The notes under the pieces: generated by a model
Seen by the model: only the letters and a program-made list of their open reading frames with translations
Told to the model about the DNA's origin: nothing
The model's database searches: none
Translations under genes and position numbers: made by a program
Assembly (NCBI GenBank): GCA_038087875.1
Contig: JAXLNO010000219.1
Coordinates: forward strand, 62,001-126,000
Origin: Malacoraja senta
Lineage: Eukaryota
DNA length: 64,000 nt
Direction of reading: 5' to 3'
Part shown: positions 1-14,099 of the stretch, one piece after another
Layout of the letters: every line of letters begins with the position of its first letter
Position numbering within the stretch: position 1 is the stretch's first letter

Positions 1-904
1 AAATGAGAATTTGTAGTTTCTGCGTGTACCTTGAATTCACTGCTCGCGGCCTTCCTATGACACACCCTGTGGATCATCATTGGCATGATTACAGCAGCAG
101 GAATACAAGTCTGCTGCCTGACATGTGCTTCCAAGGTTTGTGACTTTGACCATTACGTTCAATAGATTCAGTCACTGTTCATGGCATTGAATAATATTCA
201 GTCAATCTCCATACATTACTGTGGATTTTTTACACAAATGCGAGACATCTCGTCTGACTTCACTCAGGGCAGCATGAACTCAGGGCAATTTCTGCATGTG
301 CAGTAAGAAGTGACGGCCATAATATTTATCAGGACACTGTGATAGGACTAAGAGTTTTTTCGTCACACGGCGTTCTAGTTGACTTGTGTTAAAGATTGAA
401 GAGTATATCACCTGAGCATTTAAAACGTTAATATATTTCAGTAAGATATTTGCAGGAAAATTATTTATTTTTGGTTGATGAACAAAAACAAGAGGAGCTA
501 AATCTTAAAAGTAGAGGAATAAATTAAGAGGAATATCGGAAGCTCTATTTCCTCATGCGGAAGAGTGAACATTTGTGGCCTTCTGCTCTAGACACCAAGG
601 TTGATAGCATTTTGTTAGAACATAATAAGAACATATGAAACTAGAGGATGAGGTCATACAGCACCAAAGGCCAATGTCGGCACTCGGTGGGATCTACACT
701 GCCCTCACATTCGTCAACCGTGTTGGTGTCCAAAAATCGTATATTCTTTGAAACACTCAACTGCTGAACATCCACAGCAAGTTAAGCAAGGAGATCGAGA
801 GCTTATAGGTAAGGGGGATACATGAATATATATAGATATGGATCCACCAGACTAATAGTGGAATAGTTGTTCCTATGTTGATTTGTGGGTGGTCACAGCT
901 AACA

Positions 905-1135
905 TTACCATATAATAACCATTACAGCACGGAAACAGGCCATCTCGGCCCTTCAAGTCCGTGCCGAACACTTTAAAAAAATTTTTTTTTTTTACTTCCC
1001 CCTAGTCCTCAAACCAAAACCCTCCATTCCTTTCCCGTCCATATACCCATCCAATCTATTTTTAAAGGATAAAATCTAACCTGCCTCCACCACTTCCACT
1101 GGAAGCTCATTCCACACAGCTACCACTCTCTGAGT
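905..1135 (-). mobile_element. CR1/HER1-type LINE 3' fragment
   Basis: Reverse of the gggcc...tgtttccgtgctgtaatg tail and of a 'gagagtggtagctgtgtggaatgagcttccagtggaagtggtggaggcagg' RT C-terminal segment. Boundaries approximate. Confidence 0.65.
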
Positions 1136-1568
1136 AACTAACTCTGAGTTACTAACACGAACTGCCATCATTTCATCAATTATATTTTCATGTCAGAAAT
1201 TGTCTCGGTCCTCTTTCAACAATAAACATTTGAAATGATTTTTGTTTACTTTAGCAACAAATTTATCATCATAAGTACCTTTAGTGAAGCAAAATACATC
1301 AACAGAGAACGACTAAATAAAAAATGGCACAAAGCTTTCAAAGGAGACTTTAAGGCAGTTGATCAAAGGGTTACATTAAACATTAAAGAAGTAAATAGTA
1401 GTAGAGAAAATTACAGTGGTTAGTGCCTCCCCATTGTAAAGGGACATTGAGGTGGTGAGAATTGGAGGCGCAGAAACATTGGAGATCTATGTGGTGGGAA
1501 GAAGTTACAGATACAGGAAAGGGTAAGGACATGGAGTCATTTTAAAATGAGGATAAGTATTGTAAAGG

Positions 1569-2092
1569 TAGACACAAAATGCTGGAGTAACTCAGTGGGA
1601 CAGGCAGCGTCTCTTTTTTTTAAAATGCTATTTATTGTCATTCAAGCCTAGGCTTGAACAAAATATCATTACTAGTTTTTTAACATTACAAAAAAAAACA
1701 AGACCCACACTTAACACAGTTTACATAAACATCCATCACAGTGAGTCTCCAACACCTCCTCACTGTGATGGAAGGCAAAGTCTTATCTCTTCCCTTTATT
1801 CTCCACCCCGCGGTCCAGCAATCCAACTGCAGCATCTAGGCGAACTGGGGCTCCGGTGTTAAAGCCCCTGGTGGACGATGGCAAGTCCCGTAGCCATTCA
1901 GCCCATGGAGAGAAGGAATGGGTGATGTTTCGGGTCGAGACCCTTCAGACCAGACTTCTGTCTAAAGAAGGGTCTCGACCCAATATGTCACCCATTCCTT
2001 CTCTCCAGAGATGCTGCCTGTCCCGCTGAGTTATTCCAGCATTTTGTGTACACCTTTGATTTAAACCAGCATCTGCAGTTCTTTCCTACACA
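1569..2092. repeat. Head-to-head Penelope-terminus-derived repeat, interrupted by another repeat at ~1613-1905
   Basis: gacacaaaatgctggagtaactcag...gggtcgagacccttcag followed by its reverse complement. The same unit forms the end of the Penelope-like element at 61820. Confidence 0.65.
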
Positions 2093-2698
2093 TGAGTATT
2101 GTAAAGTCAGATGTTACTTAACCAAGTGCTAGTGCAGGTCACTGATCACAATGGTGGGTGAATGAGACTTTTTGTAGAACAAGCACATGAGGGAGAGTTA
2201 TGAAAGATTTCATGTCAAAGGACACAGAATGAATGAGGGCAGCCTGGACTTTATTAGAATAATCAGGTTTATTGCTAATTGACATGGACGAGCATTTCAG
2301 CAGAAGCTGAGCCAAGTCAGAAATAGTGGGGATTTCAACATGTGGCTGTGGCAAAAATGGCACAGATACAGTATGTGATCTAGATCTTCCCCAACAGTGT
2401 TGCATACAGTTTTGTTCGATTTTCATGTGTGACCAGGGATAAGTTTGGAATTGATGGTTAGAGAATAATTTTCTAGCAAAGGTTAACAAATAATTTTGTA
2501 ACAGTTTAATACAATTTCAACATATGAATAAAGTGTGAAAACTGGCGTATGACCCATCAAAATGACTCAACAATATACTGAGATGATGACCAAAACTATG
2601 TCAGCTCCACTTTTCCACCAATAATCCCTGGTTTCCTACAGGATAATAAATCCTCAGTACAATGGTCAAGATTCACAGCCCCCTGGAATAGGGAATTC

Positions 2699-2910
2699 TA
2701 TCTCCTGTGGTGTCCTGTCCTGCATCTTGGTGGAACCCATCTGTTGCTGAAGGTACTCCTCAGGTTGACCAGTGTGCCATGGAGGGCGTGAGCTGTATTG
2801 TCCAGGATGCTCAACAGTTTGAGGAGCATCCTCCTCTCCAAGACCACCTCCCATGAATCCAACTCTACCCCCAGGACAGAGCCAGTCTTCCTGATGAATT
2901 TGTTAATCAT
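2699..2910 (-). mobile_element. Rex1/Babar-like LINE 3' fragment (copy A)
   Basis: Translates INKFIRKTGSVLGVELDSWEVVLERRMLLKLLSILDN, typical of the C-terminus of this LINE group. Near-identical to part of 3794-4193. Confidence 0.65.
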
Positions 2911-3083
2911 TTTACAACATCTTGGAAAATGGCAGTTTTGTTCACCTTTGTTCTAAGTCCCCAAACTCTTACTTAGAGACTTGACTGCAGGATTCTACTT
3001 TACACCCAGGAAGCAGCCTGTAAATTATTGCATGAACACATTATGTTTGTCATGCTGCAGATTATCACAACTATTCATGTCTA

Positions 3084-3209
<126 letters not shown>

Positions 3210-3332
3210 TCAAAGAAATCAGACACAAACAGCATATTGCATTTAATTTACGTTGATTAGATTTATGTGAAACAACATGAACTTATGTTCGAGAGCAAAT
3301 GTGAAAGATCCATATGTGAAAGGTACACACTA

Positions 3333-3476
<144 letters not shown>

Positions 3477-3793
3477 TCAGTCCAGAATCACTAAGTACAT
3501 TTCTTTAGCAGATCACATAAAAATTCAGTTACATGCATCAAAAATCTTCAATTTAGGTATGCAGGACTCACATTAAAAAACAACTCTGTGTTACTGTCAA
3601 GGAGCTGCGGGTAAGTACAAGGAGAACAGAACTTGCAGTAAGATTTACAGTAAGATTTTTCTCTCGATTAACAAGGTTCGCTCTTCAGAATCTTCGATGG
3701 GATGAGGAAGGAAACGTTTAGGCCATTTGAATCCTTGACACCACAACCCACTGACTGCAACATGAGTGCCATTTGGATATTCCTGACTATTAC

Positions 3794-4193
3794 GATATGA
3801 TAGAACTTTATTTATCCTAGGTGGAAAATTGATCTGCCAACTGCATAAAACACAAAATACATGAAACATGATATTAAAGTGACGAGTGGAAAGGATTTGG
3901 GATGTGCAAAGATTGAAGGGGTGGGGGGAGGAAGTCAGTCTACCCCATGACAGAAGGGGGAGGAGTTGTACATTGTGATAGCCACAGGGAAGAAGGATCT
4001 CCTGTGGTGTCCTGTCCTGCATCTTGGTGGAACCCGTCTGTTGCTGAAGGTACTCCTCAGGTTGACCAGTGTGCCATGTATTGTCCAGGATGCTCCGCAG
4101 TTTGAGGAGCATCCTCCTCTCCAAGACCACCTCCCATGAATCCAACTCCACCCCCAGGTCAGAGCCAGTCCTCCTGATGAATTTGTTAATCAT
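3794..4193 (-). mobile_element. Rex1/Babar-like LINE 3' fragment with tail (copy B)
   Basis: Same peptide as copy A, plus a 3' UTR ending aataaagttctatcatatc. Confidence 0.65.
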
Positions 4194-4779
4194 ATTAACT
4201 AGGTCTGGTCAGTGTAAGGTTGAACTGGCAAAAGGATAATCGAGATGGCCCAACATGAACTGTAAGTATAACAGAAAACGCTAGGGCTGGAAATTTGCTT
4301 CATGTAAAAGCCTTAATTATATGGGATTGACAGTTCCCTTGGTTCACCTCTCCTGATATTTAATTATTTTTCTGTGTTTAATAGGCAGCTAGTCCAATAT
4401 CACCTGGTTGGGTACCACAAATGAAAACAGATTTATATTTATCTTTTAAAGAGTAAATTAAGAGATGAAGGGAATGATATACTGAATATATGGTCCCTCT
4501 GGATTTCAGAGAAGGGAGAGGATGATTTAGAATGGTGAGGGAAGAACTTGTTTGTGAGAGAGTGGTGATAAAGATGTAATTTACTGGCTAATTGTTAAAG
4601 TTTCCTTCCATTTACTTAAAATGGACAGCCATAATTATTGTACTGACTACTGAAATATACAAGTTCCAGTGTTCTCTACATTAATAGCCTATGCATAAAA
4701 ATATTCTATTTTGTTCATTATTATATATTTATGTGGCAATAAAAGCTGCATAATTTTATTTATAACATAATTACATCGA

Positions 4780-4945
4780 AGACCTGAGAGCAAAACATAG
4801 TCTGACACTCTAGTGCAATACCAAGTAGCGCTGCTCTGCTGGGAGATGCTGAGGCATTAACATTGTTCTCTTAACTAAATATACAAGATCTCCTGGGACT
4901 ATCTTGAAGAACAGCGAGCTGTGTTTTTCCTGATATTGCATTCAA
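4780..4945 (+). mobile_element. Degenerate DeuSINE/SacSINE1-like SINE
   Basis: ctgacactctagtgcaatac...aagatctcctgggactat...gaagaacag resembles the better copy at 59335-59580. Confidence 0.4.
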
Positions 4946-6299
4946 CAACGCTAAATTGGATTATTTGGCCGTTATTGTTCTTCAGATGCAGCTGACTCAA
5001 TTGCTCTGTTCCTGTACCAGCTTGTTCCATTTGATGATTATTGCCTTTCCCCATTTTATTTTTCTTATCAATATCACATGATATTGATAAGAAAAAATCA
5101 TAGTTTACTCATATCTATGTTTACATTAAAAATAAAGAAAGAATATTATAGACCGCGTCACTAAACAACAGAGCATGTTACTTACTTGGGAATCTTACTG
5201 ACAACTTACATTGAATATCTGGGGTTTCTGGAATTGTTGGAAGGAATTATGATCATGATCATGACCCATTGAAGTATAAAAGGAGAATTAATGATCTTGA
5301 AAACAAGGGGACAATAAAATGCGTCTGCACACTTCTCATAAATTAAAATTCATGTTTCCTTCTAAACATTGCATGAGGTAACAGTAGGAAACTTGAGCAA
5401 AGGTTTTTACAGACTTATCTACAGGCCTCAGCTTTGATCGTGGAGAGAATCTCCCTAAAGGCACATAAGCCAGAGACCTAAATGGCTTAGAATTCTGTCA
5501 AGCAAGAGGATAGAAGCGAGCAGACACGATGTATAGCAAAGTGGTATCAAATCAGTTTTAACTCCTGGTGGTTCAACGGAATAGCATTCTCCAAGTCAAT
5601 GTATCATGACTACAATTAAACAGTGAATCAAATTCCCGACGGATGGATTTTGAATGTAGTACAGTATAGCAGAGAACAGGCCCTTTGACTCACCACCTCT
5701 GTTTTGCTAGGAAGGACTACTGGACATGTATTCGAGCAATACAGCACAGAAACAGGCCCTTCTGCCCACTGAACACACACTGACCATCAACGACACATTT
5801 ATACTAATGCAGAACCCAAGAGAGCCATGTGTTATTATGAAGTACTCATCATCACACAGTACTAAACTAATTTCACTGCTCCTTCCTCATATTAAAAAAA
5901 AAGTGAATTAACTGATGTGTTTGTCCTCTTTTGTTAAAAGTGGTGAAAAATTCTGCTGTCGTATTTTCCATTTGGAAATTGCTAGAATGAGTACAGCTTT
6001 GACAACAATGAAGACAACAATTTGGGCGGCACGGTGGCGCAGCGGTAGAGTTGCTGGCTTGCAGCGCCAGAGACCCGGGTGTGATCAGCAAGAATGGTAA
6101 CCTTTACATTACTTTTCACCAACTTCCTCTGAAACAATATTGACTTCAGATGAATAGGCAGAAGATTACTGTTCATTTATAGTCCTTGTTCCCCCCCGCC
6201 GGTGAACCCCCCCACCGGTGAACAAGGACTGAGGAGGGCCGGGCACGGAGAGGGACATCGGGTCACGGGGAGAGGTGACGGCAACAATGGGCCTTTGTG

Positions 6300-6562
6300 T
6301 CCAGCTGGAGCTGGAGATAGAACTGGAGCTGCTGGAGCTGGAGATAGAACTGGAGCTGGAGATAGAACTGGAGCTGCTGGAGCTGGAGATGGAGCTGCTA
6401 GAGTCCGGGAGATTGGGGGTAAGCCCCAACCCTAGCCCTAGCCCCAACCTTAGCCCTAGCCCCAGCCCTAGCCCCAACCATAGCCCCAGCTCCAACCCCA
6501 GCCCAAACCCAAACCCTAGCCCCAACCCTAGCCCTAACTCTAGCCATAGCCCGAACCCTAGC
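6300..6562. repeat. Two abutting short-period arrays: (GAGCTG/GAGATA/GAACTG)n, then degenerate (CCCTAG/CCCCAA)n hexamers
   Basis: Read directly from the sequence; explains the low-complexity ORFs at 6166-6609. Confidence 0.85.
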
Positions 6563-6629
6563 TGATTCATATCCCCATAATAGAGATGTTCATCTATGTG
6601 AAACAACATTCAAAGTTGCAAAAATTTAA

Positions 6630-7038
6630 AGGCCCTGTCCCACTTTCACGAGTTATTCACAAATTCTCCCGAGTTTTCCCCTTGATTCAAACTCGCAGAA
6701 TGTTCGTAACAAATCCGTAGGAGGTCGTAGGAGTTCATAGATATATCGTAGCGGCTTGTTATGCTAGCCGTAGGTACTCGTGGCATCAGGTAAGTTGGGA
6801 TGTTTTTCCAGCCCGATAAAAAATGTCCACGAGTAAAAAAATGGTCGGGATGAAAGAAATTGCAACTTTTTACGTGTAAGGAGGGCATCAAAATAGTCGT
6901 GGGAATTTGTAGGCATACTCGTAGGAGTTCGTGAACATAGTCGTGGAAGGTCGTAGGAGTTTGTAGATTACCACGATCTTGATTTTTTTTTTTAGGTCCT
7001 TTAAACTCGGCAGAGGTTTTGAATTAAGTCGTGAAAGT
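6630..7038. mobile_element. Harbinger-like MITE, right TIR truncated
   Basis: Starts aggccctgtcccactttcacga after TAA, ends tcgtgaaagt (partial reverse complement). Internal tcgtag repeats. Terminus resembles those at 27808 and 32691. Confidence 0.5.
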
Positions 7039-10000
7039 TTAGTTTTCTTTCCGGGTTTCCAGAAACTTAAAAGTAGACACTTGCTGAAGAATCACCCATA
7101 AGTGTAAATTGTCCCTAATGTGTGTTAATATGCGGGGATCGTTGGTTGGTGCAGACTCGGTGGGCCTGTTTCCGCGCTGTAACTAAAAACTAAAGAAGGT
7201 TGATGTCACTCAGTACAAAGAAAATCTGGTTGATTGTCTCCCACATGCCACCTTAAATATTCACTCATTCTACCACTGGTGCATTGTGGCTACAATTCTT
7301 GCTATCTTCAGTTTGCATTACAACAAGCCACCAAAACATTTCTAACAGCATTTCTAACCTACAACCTTTATTGCCCAGTATGAATATAGTATCTGTAATT
7401 CCTCTCCAACTCACTCCCCATTCTGAATCTGAAATACAGTATAGTGCAATTTCTTTATTAGCATCATGCTTAAGTGATTCCACGTATAGTTTGTGTATTT
7501 GCGTTTATTTTATGTGAATGAATGTATGTGTGTTTATTGTGCCTGAATGTTTGTGCATGAATGTTCGCATGTAAGTATTCATTGTGTCCTGCTGAATTAC
7601 TCCAGCATTTAGTGTCTATCTTCGGTTTAAACCAGTATCTGCAGTTCCTTCCTACACAGTATTCATTGTGTTGTGTAATTGTGCCAATTTGAATGACTGC
7701 ACGACTTTACTGTTAGTGTGATTGCGTGTTTGTGTATTCATTGTTTAGAGTTATTCAGATGCAGTTCACTAGATTTAGTTGAATAGCACAATAAAATCTT
7801 TTGAGATAAACAAAGCCTCAATCTAATGCCTTATTGTCTTTATGTAAACTTTATCTGTGTTATAGGGCACTTTTTTAAACGGTGCATGTTAAGTGTTTAT
7901 TATATGTCTTTATTGTGTTAACTTTGTGCATATGTGTGTGGGTTTTTATTCAGCGTACGTGTATATTTATTATCTATTCGTTTATTGTGCATGTTGTATT
8001 TACAAGACTATATGTATATCTGTAAGAAGGAACTGCAGATGCTGGTTTAAACCAAAGATAGACACCATTCCTTCTCTCCAGTGATGCTGCCTATCCCGCT
8101 GAGTTACTCCAGCTTTTTGATAGATATTATCTGTTCAGTTCACATACAAAGCTCAGTGTGAAGAATGCACATTGTGCTGGTGTAGCCAGAGTGTTCATTT
8201 TGCTGGGTTTGCCGTGCTGTTGTGGACTCTTCAGAAAGCTGATGTGCTGGGTGGGTGACCCACTGTTGAGGTGTCACAATCCTGATTTGTTGAGAAGTGG
8301 CAGAAAATGTGGTGTGAGGTTATGTTTTCATATCCCTTGATAACATGTTGCCTAGTTACCAGTGATCCAGGTTCACTTGGAGGAGATAAGGAAGACTTTT
8401 ATGTAAAGGACAATAAACAGTAGGTTATTAAATAATCATTTGATTCTATTTGCAGAGAAACCTTTATGCTTCATCAGAAATTATTAGAAATCTAGCACTC
8501 TGTCAACAAGCTTGCCATCTCAAGATTCTTGCATTATCACATTTTATATACACAAAAGGTGCTGTGTCATTATTTTTTTTTGCAATAATGATTTACAATG
8601 ATTTAAGGAATTTGAAGAAGCACTAATCTGCTGCACTCTCCAGCATTTTGTGTCTACCTTCGATTTAAACCAGCATCTGCAATTCTTTCCTACACACTCT
8701 CCTTAAAACATCCATGTAGTCACACTATAGAGATATATTACCAAAAATCAGTCCCTCATACCATACAATAAAAATCATTGATTTTTTACATAAAAGGAAG
8801 CCATTTGGCCCATTGAGTCATGTTAGTTCCTTTGTTGAGTAATCCAGGTAATTTTATAATCCTGTTTATTTCTAAGAGCCCTTAAGTTTTCTTTACTTTT
8901 AAATATTCATCAATTTCCTTTTGAAGGCTACAATTAAATGTGGACCACAAACTGACGGGCAGAATCCAGATCTGAACTATTTAGTGTATAAAAAAAGATT
9001 TTTCCTCTGGTTATCCCTGGATCTATTGCACATTTAACATATGTCTTCTGGATCTTGTCTGCTCCAGTAATGGGAATAATTTTCCTTTACTTCAGTTTTA
9101 ACCTGTAAAGATTTTGTACGCGTATTTGGAGTGTAACTGATGCTACGATGGAGACCAAAGGTGCTGCAGATGTAGGAATCTATAACAAAAAGCAAACCTG
9201 GAAGAATGATGGGCACAAGTAATCAGTTGAGGGGAAGGAATGGGGAAGGCAGTACCAAGATGATGCGCTTTAATCACAATCGACAATACAATGAGCATCA
9301 AAACAAGTGTACTAACTTTATTTTAGCCTAAGACCCAGACAGCCTAACATGTGGTATTTATGTATATATGTAAATAATTATGTAATTATATTCTACATCA
9401 TCTGAAAGTGACCACTGTACACCTCTATCAAATCTTGTTTCAAAATTCATTGCCTAAGAACCAGGAGAAGGCCATTTGGTCCCTCAAGCCTTCTCTTCTG
9501 TTCAAAATGATCATGGCTGACCTTTTACCTTAATCGTCTTTCTCACCCAATGCTCAAATCTCTTGAATCAGTGTGCAAAATCGGTTCCTTCTCAGCTTTG
9601 AGGTCTGACAAAGAATCTTCAGCCCAAAATTTTGACTTTTTTCTCTTTCCAGAAATGCAGTATTTTCAGCATTTTTAGCTTTCCAGCATCTGCAAGCTTA
9701 TTGGTTTTCAGTAAATCTTAATTCATCAATTCAGCAGTGGTTGCTTCTCACAATCTAGTCTGTAGCAGAGACTCTGCTACAGACTAGAGGAACCTACCAT
9801 CTTTGAACTGCAGCAGATGCGACAAAACAATCAACTTTGAAACACGTTGTTACTTGTTGCATAACCTTGTTGCTCATGGTGCTGTGGGGGGTGAGGGAAG
9901 TCAGAAAGCCGGGTGGGTGTGTGGTGGGTAAATCCCAGGAACATTGTAGCCAGGGATCCTTTCATCCCTTTTTCTAGAATGGCAGAAAGCTTGCTCACAG

Positions 10001-10202
10001 AGGGAATTGCTGATACGATGTAACTACAATATTCTTTCTTTCCCTGCAGTCATTCCCTGCAAGAAACTACAGGTGTATCCTTCAATGTCATAGTGTGGAA
10101 CTGGATCAACAAAAATCAAAATCTTTTGCCTCTAGTAAATCTGCTTTATGTAATATTGATTGTAAACTGCTTTAAAAATTGTGCCATATGATTAACTGCT
10201 CA

Positions 10203-10204
<2 letters not shown>

Positions 10205-10243
<39 letters not shown>
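10205..10243. repeat. (TA)n microsatellite
   Basis: Read directly. Confidence 0.95.
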
Positions 10244-10247
<4 letters not shown>

Positions 10248-11919
10248 CAAACTGCTGGAGTAACTCAGCGGGACAGGCAGCAACTCTGGAGAGAAGGAAT
10301 GGGTGACGTTGCGGGTTCTTCAGAAGGGTCTGGACCTGAAACGTCACCCATTCCTACAGTCCCGCTGCCTGGCCCGCTGAGTTCCTCCAGCATTTTGTCT
10401 ATCTTTGGATTAAACCAGCATCTGCAGTTCCTTCCTACACATAGTGCATTCAGAAAGTATTCAGACCCCTTCACTTTTTCCACATTTTGTTATATTACCG
10501 CCTTATTTTAAAATGGATTAAATTCATTTTTTTTTAAATCATCAATCTACACACAATACCCTAGAATGAACAAACGAAAACAGGTGTTTAGACATTTTTG
10601 CAAAGTAATTAAAAAGAAATAACTTAAAAATCACAATTACAGAAGTATTCAGACGCTTTGCTATGACACTCAAAATTGAGCTTTGGTTCATCCTGTTTCC
10701 ATTGATTTTACTTCGGAGTCACGTGAGTGACTACGTGAAGAAGACCCCGTCAGGCCGCATGCGGGTCATTACGTCAGACGCATGGCGCAGCGAGGAGTAG
10801 CGCTCCTCCAGCGGTAAGTTTAAAAACCTCAAGGTAAGTGCTCAGCTTAGTCGGAGGTCGCTTTCTTGTTGGAGTAAGGCTTGTTTTTCAGATCAAGTTC
10901 AACCATGGAGAAAGCATCAAAGGTGAAGGCCAGACGAGCCGCTGGTAAAACCATGGAAGACCGCAGGAGTGCGGGTAGCGGGCGCCCGCCCAGTTCACCT
11001 ATTCAGTCATTGGCAGGGAGGCCAGCGACTGCAGAACACCGTCTCCACGCCGTTGGGGCGTAAGGCCATCAGAAAGTCTGCACAGCCCATAGACTCGGGT
11101 GAGTCGGGCCAGGAGGGTTCCCCTCCGGAAATGGATACCGTTCTTGCACAGTTATCTAAAATGGAGCTCCTAATGGAGAGGATGCTCCATCAGGATAAAC
11201 TCCAGGAGGAGGAGTGGTGTCCGCGCCGGCCTACGGGAGAGCCCGCGACAGCAGCACCTGAAATAGGGCTGCTCAATCGCTCCCTCTTGGAGGAGGAGAG
11301 CTTGACGGGTCAGTTTTATTCTGACGCCGAATCTGTGGGTGAGCAGAGCCCAAGGGATGAAGGGCATGAGCCCGAAATACCGTGTCTGGCAGCAAGATTT
11401 GCCATCCCCAGAAAGTCAGGGATCGGTGGACGAGGGGCATCTGTCTGAATTACAGCAGGATGCCTTAGCCCTCATGTGCAGTGCACATTTTGAAAGTAAC
11501 TGTTTGCGAAAAAGTGTCATACGCCCTACTATCCACCCTAAATTTGCGGCGCTGTGTAAGCCCAGCAATATTCAACCGCCAAATCTGCTGTTTGGGGAGG
11601 ACCTCGCAAAGAGAGTGAAGGAGCTCGACGACGAGGCAAAAACGGTGGGGTTAATTAAAGCACCGATGGTCAGCAGAACGGTTTGGCGGCAGTACCCCTA
11701 CTGACGGGTTGCAGAGACCGGGGCCGGTCAAGGAACGAGCCGGTCATTTACGAATGTGCGCAGCTGGCGCCCTGCTACTGGGACACGAGCAAACGTGAAT
11801 TCTCCCACCAGGAACCGGGGCCAACAAATTCCACCGGTAACCATGGAGGTAGGTGGGTCTGGTCCTGATAGGAACATATTAAGTGAAAAACACTTACAAG
11901 TTGGGGGGAGATTACAGAT

Positions 11920-13231
11920 TGTTAAATCCAGTACTGGGGCTACTTCGAGCTCAGGGTCATATTGTAATGGCCTATTTGGACGATATTTTAATTGAAGGAA
12001 AGACTCGGGACACAGCTGAATCATCCATTTCAGTTGTTAAGCTCATCTTTGAGAAATTGGGGTTTATCATTCATCCAGTTAAGTCCAAATTAACACCAGT
12101 CAGAGTTGGGTTTCACTATTAACTCAGATCACATGTCAGTGACAAAAGGCTGCAGTTAATTGAAGGCTGGATCAAGCTCATTGAAGAGCAACGACCTTCA
12201 ATTAGACAGGTGGCCAGCTTGATGGCAAATTAGTGGCTTCTTTTCCAGCTGTGCAGTTTGGACCTCTGCATTACCAACAATTACAATGAGCAAAGGAACA
12301 GGCACTGAGGATACGTTCAGGTCATTATGACAGGCCCATGTAATTACCAGCTGCAGCCATTGCTGAAGTGCAATGGTGGATCATGAATGTCTCAAGTTGT
12401 TCCAGCTAAATTCTGGTTGAACCACCTTCCATTGTCTTACAGACTGATGTCAGTGCTCTAGGTTGGGGCGCTACTGATACTATTTCCAGCTGTGGAGGCA
12501 GATGGAATATGCATGAGGCACCTCTTCTGCAATCACGAGGGATTAATTATTTAGAGCTTTTGGGAATATTTTATGGGCTTAAAGCTTATTGCTCTACTAA
12601 GTGTCACTTGCATGTTCAGGTTCAGATTGACAACACTACGGCAGTGGCATATGTTAATCATATCGGTGTAATCAAGTCGGAATCTTGTGATAGATTGGTG
12701 AATCTGATTTGGAGCTGGTGTATTACCAGAGACATTTGGCTTTCAGCTATCTACCTACCAGGTAGATTCAACATAGTGGCAGACACAAGGTCACGCAAAT
12801 TCAATGACAACACAGAATGGATGTTGAATCATGAGATATTTAACGATGTTGTTGCTCGGTATGGGATGCCAGATATCGATTTGTTTGCATCCAGACTAAA
12901 CCACCAGTTACCTAAATATGTTTCATGGGAACCAGATCCTGGGGCAGTAGCGGTAGATGCATTCTCGCTGCATTGGGGTGGAATGTTTTTGTATGCATTT
13001 CCTCCATTTTGCCTCATCAGTCGGTGTCTGCAAAAAATCAAGCAGGACTCTGCCTCAGGAGTATTGGTGGTACCCGACTGGCCTACTCAGCCATGGTTCC
13101 CTCTCGTTTTGCAGATAATCACACAGCCGCTTATGACTGTTCCCAAACATAGAAACCTACTGGTGCACCCTGTAACTGGCGATCAACACCCTTTACATGA
13201 TCGTATTGATCTATTAATTTGCAGATTCTAA
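11920..13231 (+). pseudogene. DIRS pol remnant: RT C-half, RNase H and DAM-methylase-like domain
   Basis: VMAYLDDILI; LQTDVSALGWG; INYLELL; IDNTTAVAYVN; YLPG..N..AD..SR; IDLFASRLN; YAFPPF; VVPDWPTQPWFP. Stops and frameshifts at 12120-12410. Confidence 0.85.
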
Positions 13232-14099
13232 GAATGCCATACCTGGGGAGAGGACTATCCGATCGCACCATGGATGTTATTACTGCGGCCTGGAGGGATA
13301 GTACCCAAAAGCAGTACATCTCTTATATAAGGAAATGGGAGGTGTTCTGCTTACGGCAGAATATTTCATATCACACGGCAGGCATCTCAGATGTGCTAGA
13401 GTTCCTGTCATCTCTCTATTTCGATCAAAGGTTAAGCTATAGTGCGATCAATACAGCCAGACGTGCCCTGTCTTAATACTTATGGATGGGATCAGAACAA
13501 TATTCTGTGGGGTCACACCCTCTAATCTCTAGATTTATGAAGGGAATGTTTAATTCCAATCCTCCCAGGCCCAGGTATTCAGTAATCTGGGATGTAAGTG
13601 AAGTACTTATGCTCCTTCGTCAGTGGACTCCTGTCACAGTCCTGTCTTTGGCCAAAGTCACCATGAAGGTAGCCATGCTCATGGCACTGGTTTCAGCGCA
13701 ACGGGTGCAGACATTGCAGAAGCTGCGACTAGACAGGATGGAGTATCTGCAGATGCCATTACGTTTTACATCTATGATCTACTCAAGCAGAGCAGACCGG
13801 GGGTGACAGGGTTTAAGATTATCTTTTCGGCATACCCTACGGATTCACGCCTATGTGTGGTGTCACACTTGCTATATTACATCAAGGCCACCAGAACCCT
13901 AAGAGGTGCGGAATCAGCATTGTTTATTAGCCACAAAAAAACGCATGGTAAGGTGTCGGTTCAGACTATTTCAAGGTGGCTGAAGCAGGTTCTGGTTTCT
14001 GCAGGTATTGACACTGACAATTTTAAATCTCATTCCACCAGGGCGGCATCAATATCAGCGGCCAGGGCATATCCTAGCGGCCGCAGGATGGTCAAGTGA
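13219..14099 (+). pseudogene. DIRS tyrosine recombinase remnant
   Basis: SYSAINTARRALS, HPLISRFMKG, LMALVSAQR, TISRWLK, FKSHSTRAAS (HxxR box). Broken into three ORFs. Confidence 0.85.

Larger units (their letters stand above)
6023..7195 (+). mobile_element. tRNA-derived V-SINE (HE1-like) split by inserts: head 6023-6080, tail ~7090-7195
   Basis: Head ggcacggtggcgcagcggtagagttgct...agacccggg; tail taaattgtccct...gggcctgtttccgcgctgta. Confidence 0.6.

Noticed and set aside
6166..6609. LG/SS/ELE-repeat ORFs
   Set aside because: Translations of hexamer arrays.
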